A stretch of DNA of 64,000 nt, taken from positions 17,604 through 81,603 of the forward strand of contig NZ_DATFAI010000043.1 in the NCBI RefSeq assembly GCF_035254685.1, read 5' to 3'. This document shows, in pieces, positions 31,422 to 43,973 of this stretch. Below the pieces are notes generated by a model. It saw nothing but the letters and a program-made list of their open reading frames with translations, made no database searches and was not told the DNA's origin. Numbering within the stretch: position 1 is the stretch's first letter; every line of letters starts with the position of its first letter. Source of the stretch: Noviherbaspirillum sp. (GTDB lineage: Bacteria; Pseudomonadota; Gammaproteobacteria; Burkholderiales; Burkholderiaceae_D). A program made the translations under genes and the position numbers.

Positions 31422-33407
31422 ATGTTCTCCGCTCTCGAACTTACGCTCATCCTGCTGGCCGCCGCCGTGTTCGGCGTGGTGGCATTTCGCATGTTGCACC
31501 TTCCGCCCATGCTCGGCTACCTGCTGGTCGGCGTGGTGGTCGGACCGTACGGCTTCGGCATCGTCCATGAAAACGAGACCACCAACAGGCTGGCGGAGTT
31601 CGGTGTTGTGTTCCTGATGTTTTCGATCGGCCTGGAATTCTCGCTGCCCAAACTGTCTTCCATGCGCAAGACGGTCTTCGGCCTCGGCATGGCGCAGGTG
31701 CTGCTGACGCTGGCGGCAACCATGGTCTTCGGCTGGCTCACCGCGCACCTGCTGCCACAATTATCGAACATCAGCTGGCGCGCCGCCTTCGCGCTTGGCG
31801 GCGCCCTGGCGATGTCTTCCACCGCCATTGTTTCGAAACTGCTCACCGAGCGGCTGGAGCTGGACAGCCAGCACGGCCGGCAGATCGTGGGCATCCTGCT
31901 GTTCCAGGACCTTGCCGTGGTGCCGCTGCTGATCCTCGTGCCGGCGCTGGCGCGCAATGCCGAGGACATGCTTGCCGAACTGGCGCTGGCTGGAATGAAA
32001 GCGGCCGTTGTGCTGGTCCTGCTGCTGGTGATCGGGCAGCGTCTGATGCGCAGCTGGTTCCATGTGGTCGTCAAGCGCCGCTCGCAGGAATTGTTCATGC
32101 TCAACCTGCTGCTGATCACGCTCGGTTCGGCATGGATCACGGAGCAGGCCGGCCTCTCGCTTGCACTCGGCGCCTTCGTGGCCGGCATGCTGATTTCCGA
32201 AACCGAATACAAGCACCAGGTGGAGGAAGACATCAAGCCGTTCCGCGATGTCCTGCTCGGCCTGTTTTTCATTACGGTCGGCATGCTGCTCAATGTCCGC
32301 CTGGTCCAGGAGAACTGGTGGCTGGTGCTGCTATTGCTGGTTGGCCCTGTGCTGCTGAAATTCAGCCTGATCGCAATGCTGACAAAGCTGTTCGGCCAGT
32401 CCACCGGCGTGGCCTTGCGCACTGGTCTCGCGCTCGCGCAGGCTGGCGAATTCGGTTTCGTCCTGCTGAACCAGGCCGGAGCGCTGAAACTGATGGATCC
32501 TTTGCTGATCCAGCTGATCCTGGCTTCGATGGTGCTGTCGATGCTGGCCGCGCCCTTCATCATCGCCAAGTCCGATGCCATCGTGCTCAAGCTGTCGGCC
32601 AACGAGTGGATGATGCAGTCGCTCACGCTGACGCAGATCGCATCGCGCACCATGAGCACGCAGAAGCATGTGCTGATCGCCGGTTTCGGTCGTACCGGGC
32701 AAAGCCTGGCGAAGTTGCTGGAAGAGGAGCACATTCCTTACCACGCACTGGACCTCGATCCCGACCGCGTGCGCGAGGCGCAGGCGGCGGGGGCGCATGT
32801 GTCATTCGGTGACGCCGCGCGCCGGGAAAGCCTGGTGGCTGCCGGCATCCATCGCGCGGCCGTACTGGTGATCACCTATGCAAGCACGCCATCTGCATTG
32901 AAGGTGTTGCACTTTGCGCATGAGCTGGCGCCAACGCTGCCGGTCATCGTGCGCAGCCATGATGATTCCGACCTCGACAAGCTGCGCGAAGCCGGGGCGG
33001 CCGAGGTGGTGCCGGAAGCGATTGAAGGCAGCCTGATGCTGGCCTCGCATGCGCTGGTCATGCTGGGCGTGCCGCTGCGGCGCGTCGTGTATCGGGTACA
33101 GGCGGCACGCGACGAACGCTATGCTTCGCTGCGCGGCTATTTCCATGGCGCCAGCGACGCGCCGGAGGATGCCGAGCACATGCACGTGCGCCTGCATTCC
33201 GTGACCTTGCCCGACGGCGCGAAGGCAATCGGCAAGACGCTTGGCGCCCTCAAGCTGGGCGACCTCGGCGCAGAGGTGACCATCGTACGGCGTGGCAAGC
33301 GGCGCATCGAGGTCATGCCGGAGACGGTCATGCAGCCCGGCGATATCGTGGTGCTGCGCGGCGCCAGCGAAAGCGTGGTGCGTGCGGAGGAGCGTTTGCT
33401 GAAGTGA
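31422..33407 (+). CDS. CPA2-family K+/H+ antiporter with TrkA-N and TrkA-C domains (KefB/KefC-like)
   Basis: LSSTA-type AMSSTAIV, FQDLAVV, AGEFGFV and Rossmann IAGFGRTG. Confidence 0.9.
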   Translation: MFSALELTLILLAAAVFGVVAFRMLHLPPMLGYLLVGVVVGPYGFGIVHENETTNRLAEFGVVFLMFSIGLEFSLPKLSSMRKTVFGLGMAQVLLTLAATMVFGWLTAHLLPQLSNISWRAAFALGGALAMSSTAIVSKLLTERLELDSQHGRQIVGILLFQDLAVVPLLILVPALARNAEDMLAELALAGMKAAVVLVLLLVIGQRLMRSWFHVVVKRRSQELFMLNLLLITLGSAWITEQAGLSLALGAFVAGMLISETEYKHQVEEDIKPFRDVLLGLFFITVGMLLNVRLVQENWWLVLLLLVGPVLLKFSLIAMLTKLFGQSTGVALRTGLALAQAGEFGFVLLNQAGALKLMDPLLIQLILASMVLSMLAAPFIIAKSDAIVLKLSANEWMMQSLTLTQIASRTMSTQKHVLIAGFGRTGQSLAKLLEEEHIPYHALDLDPDRVREAQAAGAHVSFGDAARRESLVAAGIHRAAVLVITYASTPSALKVLHFAHELAPTLPVIVRSHDDSDLDKLREAGAAEVVPEAIEGSLMLASHALVMLGVPLRRVVYRVQAARDERYASLRGYFHGASDAPEDAEHMHVRLHSVTLPDGAKAIGKTLGALKLGDLGAEVTIVRRGKRRIEVMPETVMQPGDIVVLRGASESVVRAEERLLK

Positions 33408-33541
33408 CATCGCTGCAGTCGGTGGCGGGCTGCCGCGGCACTGGCAAACCCTCGGTTCGCCATGCTTTCCCGCCCGGAAAACGCGATTGCGCATTACTCG
33501 CTACAATGCTGCAGGCACGCATCTCCCGAAAGTAATCCCCC

Positions 33542-34447
33542 ATGCAAGTGTTTGAACGCATCCTCGGCATCATCTTGCCGGTATTCATCATCATCGGCCT
33601 TGGTTACGGATATGCACGCTTGCGCGGCGAACGCGTCAAGACGGACATGGGCGCGGTCAATCGTGTCAGCATGGATGTGCTGTGCCCGTTGCTGGTGTTT
33701 ACCGCGCTGGCATCGAAGGATTTTGATGTCGTGCAGAACGCAACCCTGATCCTGGCCGGTGTGCTGATTTCGCTCGGCTCCGGACTGCTCGCGTGGCCGG
33801 TCGCGCGCCTGCTCGGATACGATGCGCGCAGCTTTCTTCCGCCGATGATGTATAACAACTGCGGCAACATGGGGCTGCCGCTTGCGGTGCTGGCATTCGG
33901 TAGCACGGCGCTGCCGGCGGCCGTGGCCCTGTTCATGGCCAGCACGCTGATCTACTTTTCGGTGGGCATCAAGATCATCGAAAGCGGGCGCAGCCAGCAT
34001 ACGCCGATGTGGCGCTTCCTGGTCAGCCCGATGATGCTGTCGATGATGCTCGGTATGCTGTTCGCCATCTTCCACATCGGCGTGCCAGGGCCGCTGATGC
34101 AGGCGCTGAAAATGCTCGGCGATGCCTGCATTCCCATCATGCTGTTTGCGCTTGGCGTGCGCATGCTCGACGTGAATTTCAAGAGCTGGCACATTGGCCT
34201 GGCCGGCGCCATCATCTGCCCGGTATCGGGCCTCGCGGTCGCCTGGCTGCTCGATGGCGTTCTGACTCTGACGCCGATGCAGCGCGGACAGATGTATCTC
34301 TTCGCTGCACTGCCGCCAGCGGTGCTGTGCTTCATGGTGGCGGAGCAGTACAAGCAGGAGCCCGACAAGGTGGCGTCGATCGTCCTGCTGGGCAATCTTG
34401 CGGCACTGGCCTTCGTGCCGGCCGGGCTGTGGATGGGCTTGCGCTAG
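33542..34447 (+). CDS. AEC (auxin efflux carrier) family transporter
   Basis: ILPVFIII start, NCGNMGLPL motif and about 10 hydrophobic segments. Confidence 0.85.
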   Translation: MQVFERILGIILPVFIIIGLGYGYARLRGERVKTDMGAVNRVSMDVLCPLLVFTALASKDFDVVQNATLILAGVLISLGSGLLAWPVARLLGYDARSFLPPMMYNNCGNMGLPLAVLAFGSTALPAAVALFMASTLIYFSVGIKIIESGRSQHTPMWRFLVSPMMLSMMLGMLFAIFHIGVPGPLMQALKMLGDACIPIMLFALGVRMLDVNFKSWHIGLAGAIICPVSGLAVAWLLDGVLTLTPMQRGQMYLFAALPPAVLCFMVAEQYKQEPDKVASIVLLGNLAALAFVPAGLWMGLR

Positions 34448-34722
34448 ACCGTGGAGCGCACTTCGAAGTAGCCGTCCACCACGTCGCCATCATCAGCATC
34501 GTTGACGACGACTTCCCGCACCTGCGCAACCGCGGGGCCGCGGCCGGCCCAGGCAATGATTTTCTCGATTGCGTCCGGGCTGCCATTCACCATCGCTTCC
34601 ACCGAGCCATCGGTGCGGTTGCGCACCCAGCCCGACAGATTCAATGCCCGCGCCTGACGCTCGAAGGAGGCGCGATAGCCCACACCCTGCACCAGTCCGA
34701 TGATTCGCAGATGTCTGGCCAT
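34444..34722 (-). CDS. acyP: Acylphosphatase
   Basis: GLVQGVGYR, GWVRNRTDGSVE and GPAVAQV. Confidence 0.93.
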   Translation of the reverse strand: MARHLRIIGLVQGVGYRASFERQARALNLSGWVRNRTDGSVEAMVNGSPDAIEKIIAWAGRGPAVAQVREVVVNDADDGDVVDGYFEVRSTV

Positions 34723-34736
34723 GTTGCCTCCCGGGC

Positions 34737-37589
<2,853 letters not shown>

Positions 37590-37614
37590 GAACTGCCTTC
37601 AACTTGAGCTGGGA

Positions 37615-37666
37615 GCCTGTATCGGAAGGAAACATCCGGCGGGGAATGTTTCCTTCCGATACAGGC
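37615..37666. repeat. Perfect 21-bp inverted repeat in the uvrA 5' region
   Basis: GCCTGTATCGGAAGGAAACAT-N10-ATGTTTCCTTCCGATACAGGC. Confidence 0.9.
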
Positions 37667-37743
37667 GCTAATACGGGTCAACCTGATACTATAACGGGTT
37701 TTAAAGTCCGTCGTATCTCCCGAGCCGACCCGTCCAGAGCATC

Positions 37744-38976
37744 ATGCCCACACCATCCCCCGTCGAACCGAGCAGCCGCATGACCCGTGAAGAAATACGT
37801 GCCAGCCTGACACTGGCATCGATTTTTGCACTGCGCATGCTCGGCATGTTCCTGATCCTGCCCGTCTTTGCCGTACATGCGAAGTCGCTCCCCGGTGGCG
37901 ACAGCACGACACTGGTCGGATTGGCAATGGGGATTTACGGCCTGACGCAATCCTTTGGGCAGATTCCGTTCGGTATGGCCTCGGATAAATATGGACGCAA
38001 GCCGGTGATCGTCATCGGCCTGCTGCTGTTTGCACTCGGCTCCTTCATTGCAGCGGCGTCGCATACCCTCGCCTGGGTGATTGTCGGCCGCGCCGTGCAG
38101 GGCGCTGGAGCCATTTCCGCTGCGGTGACGGCCTTTATTGCCGATGCGACAAGGGATGAGCATCGCACCAAGGCAATGGCCATGGTCGGCGGCTCGATCG
38201 GGCTGACCTTTGCCGTGTCCATGGTCGCTTCGCCGGTGATGTACCGCCTGATCGGCATGGCCGGCATCTTCGCGCTGACCGGTGTTCTTTCTTGCATTGC
38301 CATTTTTGTTGTCCTGTACATCGTGCCGCCGGCACCGCAGAAGATTCACGCCGAAAAGGTTTCATTTACCGAGGTGCTGATGGATCGCGAACTCGGGCGC
38401 CTGAACTACGGTGTGTTCGCGCTGCACGTGGCGCAAATGTCGATGTTCGTGGTGGTGCCGTCCGCCCTGGTCCAGTATGTCGGCCTGCCGGTAGCGAGTC
38501 ACTGGAAGCTTTACCTGCCGATCATGGTGGTGTCGGTGGCGCTGATGCTGCCGCCAGTCTTTGTCGGCGAGAAGCGCGGCAAGATGAAACCGGTCTTCCT
38601 CGGCGCGATCGCCTTGCTCGCGCTGGTGCAACTCGGCCTGTGGGCTTTCATGTCCAGTCCGTCCACGACTCCCGCGTGGGTGCTGATCGGCCTGCTGCTG
38701 GCGTTCTTCGTTGCCTTCAACATCCTGGAAGCGACCCAGCCTTCGCTGGTATCGCGCATGGCGCCGGCGGCCGCAAAGGGTAGCGCGCTTGGCGTGTATA
38801 ACACGCTGCAGGCACTAGCGTTGTTCTGCGGCGGCGCGCTCGGCGGGTGGCTGCAGCAGCACATCGGGCCGGCTTCCGTCTTTGTCGCGGGCGCGGCCCT
38901 GACAATTGTGTGGCTTATAATTGCCGCGAAGATGAAGAGCCTGCCACGCCGCGGCGCGGCAACAGCATCCGCTTGA
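37744..38976 (+). CDS. MFS transporter (YajR-like)
   Basis: LRMLGMFLILPV, ASDKYGRKP and about 12 TM segments; usual position between uvrA and ssb. Confidence 0.88.
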   Translation: MPTPSPVEPSSRMTREEIRASLTLASIFALRMLGMFLILPVFAVHAKSLPGGDSTTLVGLAMGIYGLTQSFGQIPFGMASDKYGRKPVIVIGLLLFALGSFIAAASHTLAWVIVGRAVQGAGAISAAVTAFIADATRDEHRTKAMAMVGGSIGLTFAVSMVASPVMYRLIGMAGIFALTGVLSCIAIFVVLYIVPPAPQKIHAEKVSFTEVLMDRELGRLNYGVFALHVAQMSMFVVVPSALVQYVGLPVASHWKLYLPIMVVSVALMLPPVFVGEKRGKMKPVFLGAIALLALVQLGLWAFMSSPSTTPAWVLIGLLLAFFVAFNILEATQPSLVSRMAPAAAKGSALGVYNTLQALALFCGGALGGWLQQHIGPASVFVAGAALTIVWLIIAAKMKSLPRRGAATASA

Positions 38977-39030
38977 ATCCATTTCGTAATTGCATCACGC
39001 TACCACTTCAGTCAGCTTTAGGAGAAATTT

Positions 39031-39519
39031 ATGGCATCCGTCAACAAAGTCATTATCGTCGGCAATCTCGGGCGCGATCCGGAAACGCGCTACATGCCGA
39101 ACGGCGATGCAGTCACGAACATCGCGGTTGCGACCACCGAAAGCTGGAAGGACAAGAATTCCGGCGAGAAGAAGGAACTGACGGAATGGCATCGCATCAC
39201 TTTCTACCGCAAGCTCGCCGAAATCGCTGGTCAGTACCTGAAAAAGGGTTCGCAGGTTTATGTGGAAGGCCGCCTGCAGACGCGCAAGTGGACCGACAAG
39301 GAAGGCGTTGAACGCTACACCACCGAAATCATTGCCGACACCATGCAGATGCTCGGCAGCCGCCAGGGCATGGGCGGCGGTGCGCCGACAATGGACGAAG
39401 ACTATGGCAGCGCGCCTGCGCCACGCCAGGGTGCGGGTGGTGGCGGCGGCGCATCGCGTCCGGCTGCGCAGCGCCCGGCGCCGAACTTCAACGACATGGA
39501 TGACGATATTCCGTTTTGA
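39031..39519 (+). CDS. ssb: Single-stranded DNA-binding protein
   Basis: [21 protein letters not shown] and C-terminal DDDIPF. Confidence 0.98.
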   Translation: MASVNKVIIVGNLGRDPETRYMPNGDAVTNIAVATTESWKDKNSGEKKELTEWHRITFYRKLAEIAGQYLKKGSQVYVEGRLQTRKWTDKEGVERYTTEIIADTMQMLGSRQGMGGGAPTMDEDYGSAPAPRQGAGGGGGASRPAAQRPAPNFNDMDDDIPF

Positions 39520-39541
39520 TTAGCGTTCTCCGGCTCTGGAC

Positions 39542-39567
39542 AAACCCCGCAACGCGGGGTTTTTTTT
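39542..39567 (+). terminator. ssb terminator
   Basis: AAACCCCGC-aac-GCGGGGTTT plus a T run. Confidence 0.85.
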
Positions 39568-39732
39568 ATGCAGAAGCGCTGTTCCATTTTTGGTACTTTT
39601 CCAATAAGTTTTTATTGGGCAATCAATTTCCGGTCAACAATTTGTTAAGATGGCTACGCTAGGTGTGCTGGCGCCGTGGGAGTTGTGGCGCGCGCAGGAT
39701 CCGTAAGCCTTCTCCGAATCTGATTTGTAACG

Positions 39733-41454
39733 ATGTTTTCCATTCACCGGGATCGGCCCGATATTGACGTCAACAATCAAGTCGACAGCCTCATGGAGGC
39801 CGCCGGAGATGCCGTTTTTCGTATCAATGCGCAAGGTACCGTTCTCCATGCAAGCAGGCGATCCGCCGAGCTGATCGGGCCGGAAGTGCCGCTGATCGGC
39901 CAACCACTGGCTTCGCTGGTCCTAGGAGCCGACCATCCGGCGCTGGATGCGGCCGTGGCGCGCGCCCTCGAATCGGCTCAGCCCGGCAAGGCCAATGTAC
40001 GCCTCAAGACCCGTGTCAGCGCCTTATGGGTCGAGCTTCAGATCAGCACCTATCCGAATGCGCGCGGCGCCCCGGAATTGCTGGCAGTCGCGCGCGACAT
40101 CTCGGGTCAGCAGGCGACCGAAGAGCGTTTGCGGCACATGGCCACGCATGACGCACTCACTGGCTTGCCGAATCGATCACTGCTGTCGGACCGGATTCGC
40201 ATGGCGATTGCGCAGTCCCGGCGTACCGGGCGCGGATTTGCCATCGTCGCGCTTGATCTTGACGGCTTCAAGAAGGTCAACGATGCACTCGGCCACCCGG
40301 TCGGCGATGCGCTGCTGCGCGTCGCTGCAATGCGCCTGAGCGATACACTGCGTGACGTGGACACGCTCGCGCGCGTCGGCGGCGACGAGTTCGTCGCGGT
40401 GCTTGCCAGCGTTGCGTCGGAAGCCGAGATCCAGGCCATCGCGCGCCGTATGATTGCAACGATGCAGCTGCCTTTCGATATTCAGGGCCATACCCTGTAT
40501 GTCGGCACGTCGATCGGCGCTGCCATATTCCCCGAGCACGGCGAAAGCGAAGTGAAGCTGCACGCACACGCCGACACTGCGATGTATCGCGCCAAGGAAA
40601 CCGGCAAGGCGCGCTGCGTCGTCTACAACAACCAAAAATTCACCCAGCCGGAACATGATGTGTCGATGGAAGCTGCCATGTTCCAGGCCGTCAGGGACGG
40701 CGAATTTCTGCTGCATTACCAGCCCATCGTCGACGCGCGCAGCCGACAGATCATGGGATTCGAAGCGCTGATGCGATGGTCGCGCCCGGGGATCGGCATG
40801 GTGCCGCCGACGCAGTTCATTCCGATGGCCGAGAACAACGGGCTGATCAACCTGCTCGGCGCATGGGTGCTCAAGGCTGCCTGCATGCAGATCACGCAGT
40901 TCCAGGAAATCGCTGGTCGGCCTTTGTACGTGTCGGTCAACGTCAGCCCGCGGCAGTTCAGGAACGACCAGTTCCTCGACATCATGGACGAAGCGATCGC
41001 GCTCTCCGGCCTCAAGGGGCACCAGCTGCTGCTGGAGATCACCGAGGGCATCCTCATGTCGGACCCGGAACACGCCGAAGCCTTGCTCACGGAAATGACG
41101 GCACGCAATGTGCGGATCGCGATCGACGATTTCGGCACCGGCTATTCCTCGCTCGCCTACCTGAAGCGCTTCCCGATCGCCACGCTGAAGATCGATCGCA
41201 CTTTCATCAAGGACCTGCCGGCTTCGGTCAAGGATGCGGCCATCTGCAACGTGGTGCTGAGCCTGGCCAGCCATCTCAACCTCGCAACGGTGGCGGAAGG
41301 CGTGGAGAATGAAGAACAGTTGCAATACCTCGCGAAGCATGGATGCGGATTGATCCAGGGCTACCTGACTGGCCGGCCCTCGCCTCCGGAGGAAATCGTT
41401 GAATTGCTGAAGGCGGGACAGTCGATGCGCGCAGCAGCGGCCCTTCCGGAATAA
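39733..41454 (+). CDS. PAS-GGDEF-EAL diguanylate cyclase/phosphodiesterase
   Basis: PAS domain, DALTGLPNR, RDVD I-site, GGDEF, FEALMRW, DDFGTGYSS, KID and EGVE. Confidence 0.93.
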   Translation: MFSIHRDRPDIDVNNQVDSLMEAAGDAVFRINAQGTVLHASRRSAELIGPEVPLIGQPLASLVLGADHPALDAAVARALESAQPGKANVRLKTRVSALWVELQISTYPNARGAPELLAVARDISGQQATEERLRHMATHDALTGLPNRSLLSDRIRMAIAQSRRTGRGFAIVALDLDGFKKVNDALGHPVGDALLRVAAMRLSDTLRDVDTLARVGGDEFVAVLASVASEAEIQAIARRMIATMQLPFDIQGHTLYVGTSIGAAIFPEHGESEVKLHAHADTAMYRAKETGKARCVVYNNQKFTQPEHDVSMEAAMFQAVRDGEFLLHYQPIVDARSRQIMGFEALMRWSRPGIGMVPPTQFIPMAENNGLINLLGAWVLKAACMQITQFQEIAGRPLYVSVNVSPRQFRNDQFLDIMDEAIALSGLKGHQLLLEITEGILMSDPEHAEALLTEMTARNVRIAIDDFGTGYSSLAYLKRFPIATLKIDRTFIKDLPASVKDAAICNVVLSLASHLNLATVAEGVENEEQLQYLAKHGCGLIQGYLTGRPSPPEEIVELLKAGQSMRAAAALPE

Positions 41455-41471
41455 GGACAAGAGCAGATCGC

Positions 41472-42980
41472 ATGGCGACTTTTGCAGACCGGGATACCCT
41501 CAGCGGCGACGAAACGATCGCGCTGCTGTGGGCGCGCGTCCGGGAACGCGGCGACCTGCCCGGATTTTCCAAGGTGGTCAACGCGATCATTTCGGCCATG
41601 CACGGCGACGATGACCGTGAATTCAACATGACCAAGACCGTGCTGCAGGACCCAGCGTTGACGCAGAAAGTCCTGCGGCTGGCGAACAGTGCAATGTATT
41701 CCGTCTTCGGTCAGGGCATCAATACGGTGTCGAAAGCGGTTATCGTCCTCGGCACCGAGACGATCGGCCATATTGCGCTCGGGCTGAAGCTCATTGATGG
41801 CCTTTCTCGCGCCTCCGATTCCGCCAATGCGCGAGGCGAGCTGGAGAAGGCGGTACTGGCAGGTTATATTGCGCGGCAGGTGGCGCACACCGCCAGCATG
41901 CGCGACACAGAGGAAGCGGTCGTATGTTCGATGCTGCACGCCCTGGGACGGATGATGGTCACGTTTTACCTGCCCGACCGCTGGCTGCAGGCGCAGGAAT
42001 ACAGCATGGAGAACGACCTCGACGAAATGGAGGCGGCCAGCGCGGTACTTGGCATCGAGCTTGACGAAATCGGCCGCGAGGTGGCAACGCAGTGGAGCTT
42101 ACCGTCGAGCCTGGTCGATACGCTGCGCGACGTGCCGCCCACGCCGGTCGGAGAACCGCTCGATCACCGCGACTGGCTTGCGGCATTGTCGACGCTGTCT
42201 TCGCGCTGTGCCGGCGCACTGCATGACAATCGCTCATCGGTGCAGGCTGAGCTGGTGCAGCTCGCTGGCGATTACTCGGAAATGCTCGGACTGGAAGCAT
42301 CCGATGTCGTCGCCGCCGTGGATACCGCCAAGCAAACGGCGGCAGAGGAGGATGTGGTGGTGATGCGCCTGATGAAGCGCAACGACCTCGGCACCGACAA
42401 TCCGGAGGCTGTCCCCATGGGCAAACCCGCAGACGCCGCGACGATCCTGACGCGCGGCGTCACGGACCTGCGCGGCGCCATGGAGAGCGCGAACGTCGGC
42501 CAGCTGATGTCGATGGCGCTGGAGACGGTGTACCAGGGGCTCGGATTCACCCGAGCGATCATCTTCCTGCGCAACAGCGACAAGGCAAACTACGCGGCGC
42601 ACATGGGATTCGGCGAGGGCGCGCAGGAACTGCTGCCCCGCCTGGTGTTCGACGACGCCTACCAGCCGGACGTGTTTCACGCCGCGCTGGCAAACGACAA
42701 GATGATCCTTGTTGAAAATGCCCGCGACCCCGGATTCGTGAACAAGGTGCCGCGCTGGTGGAAAGAAGCGCTGCCGATGGTGCGCAGCTTCATGGTGCTG
42801 CCGCTGTCGATCAACCGCAATCCGGTCGGTTTCATTTACGGTGATTGGGGCATGATCAAGCCGGAAGCTCGCGTCGAACAGGCGGAAATCGTGCCGCTGA
42901 ATGAATTGCGCACGCTCGTGGTCCGCGCCATGGAACAGCGCCGCCTTGGCAACACCCAGTGGAGACGCCACCCGTCCTAG
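41472..42980 (+). CDS. HDOD domain protein with a C-terminal GAF-like region
   Basis: DLPGF, DPALTQKVLRLANS, AVIVLG and SMLHALGRM (the HD position reads HA). Confidence 0.85.
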   Translation: MATFADRDTLSGDETIALLWARVRERGDLPGFSKVVNAIISAMHGDDDREFNMTKTVLQDPALTQKVLRLANSAMYSVFGQGINTVSKAVIVLGTETIGHIALGLKLIDGLSRASDSANARGELEKAVLAGYIARQVAHTASMRDTEEAVVCSMLHALGRMMVTFYLPDRWLQAQEYSMENDLDEMEAASAVLGIELDEIGREVATQWSLPSSLVDTLRDVPPTPVGEPLDHRDWLAALSTLSSRCAGALHDNRSSVQAELVQLAGDYSEMLGLEASDVVAAVDTAKQTAAEEDVVVMRLMKRNDLGTDNPEAVPMGKPADAATILTRGVTDLRGAMESANVGQLMSMALETVYQGLGFTRAIIFLRNSDKANYAAHMGFGEGAQELLPRLVFDDAYQPDVFHAALANDKMILVENARDPGFVNKVPRWWKEALPMVRSFMVLPLSINRNPVGFIYGDWGMIKPEARVEQAEIVPLNELRTLVVRAMEQRRLGNTQWRRHPS

Positions 42981-43324
42981 CGGTTCTTGGCACCTCAATT
43001 TGTGTTTTTTGCCGGACGCCGGGCGTTGATTGCTGCGTTGCCCATCCCCCGCGATTGCAACATTGTTGCTCCGGTGAATGTCTTGCACTCGCCGCCGATT
43101 GCCTCGGCATAAACCGCCAATTGAGGCGCGACGGACCACTCGCCAGAGGCCGCGATCGTGCCGCACATTCCCGATTCCGCAAGAAACTGACCGTCGAAGC
43201 CATCCCGGGCCAGTCTTGCGTTATCTCAACATCCCTCCAGGAAAGCCGCCGTATGTTGCCGACTGGCATAGTCAAAACGATAATATTTGGCGACATGGTT
43301 ATCACACCGACAATGTAGGGAGAC

Positions 43325-43888
43325 ATGATGAGCGAGATGGATGCGATCGTTTTCTTCGGTATTGTGTTTGGCGGCCTGCTTCTCTGGTTCATTTTCGGAA
43401 GAGACAAGCCGGCGCGGTATCGCACCAAAAACCTGCTGACGGGCCGGGAGCGCGATTTTTTCTATCGACTGCGACGCGCGCTTCCCGATTGCCTGATTTT
43501 TCCGCGCATGCCGCTGTCGGCGCTGATTGAGCCGACGGGCGTCGGCAGCGCGCGCCAGGCCGCGCATGCCATGATTGACGGGTTGAAGGTTGGCTATGCC
43601 GTATTTGACATGGGAATGCGGCTTGTCGCGGTCGTCGAACTTGACCATGGAGTCCGCCCGAGCCGTCGGGCGACGGCCAGGGATACGTATCTGGCGGGGG
43701 CGGGAATCCAGGTTGTTCGCTTCCCCGCTCGCCGTTTGCCGTCGGAAACCAATATCCACGCCACCATCTATTCCCGGCCGGCGTCCGCTGGAAAGGGGCT
43801 GCCTAGCGGGAGCCACGCCCAGGGCGAACTGATCGAATATGTACCGCAGCGCTCCCCTTGGCGAAATACCGCCAACGTCCACAAGTAA
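43325..43888 (+). CDS. Membrane-anchored DUF2726-family protein
   Basis: N-terminal TM helix; LLTGRERDFFYRLRRALP, IFP, AVVELD, RD..L..AGI.V.R motifs. Confidence 0.75.
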   Translation: MMSEMDAIVFFGIVFGGLLLWFIFGRDKPARYRTKNLLTGRERDFFYRLRRALPDCLIFPRMPLSALIEPTGVGSARQAAHAMIDGLKVGYAVFDMGMRLVAVVELDHGVRPSRRATARDTYLAGAGIQVVRFPARRLPSETNIHATIYSRPASAGKGLPSGSHAQGELIEYVPQRSPWRNTANVHK

Positions 43889-43973
43889 AATACGCAAGGC
43901 AAAGTGGACATGCCTTCCAGAAAAATCGGCGAACAAGGGGTGGAGGAGGGCAATTTAATGCTTTAATTCGGTC

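Noticed and set aside
37682-37698. CTGATACTATAACGGG as a LexA/SOS box for uvrA
   Set aside because: The right half-site does not fit CTG-N10-CAG; more likely a promoter -10 region
42987-43003. TTGGCACCTCAATTTGT as a sigma54 promoter
   Set aside because: Has the -24 GG but TG instead of GC at -12, and lies about 320 bp from the next start
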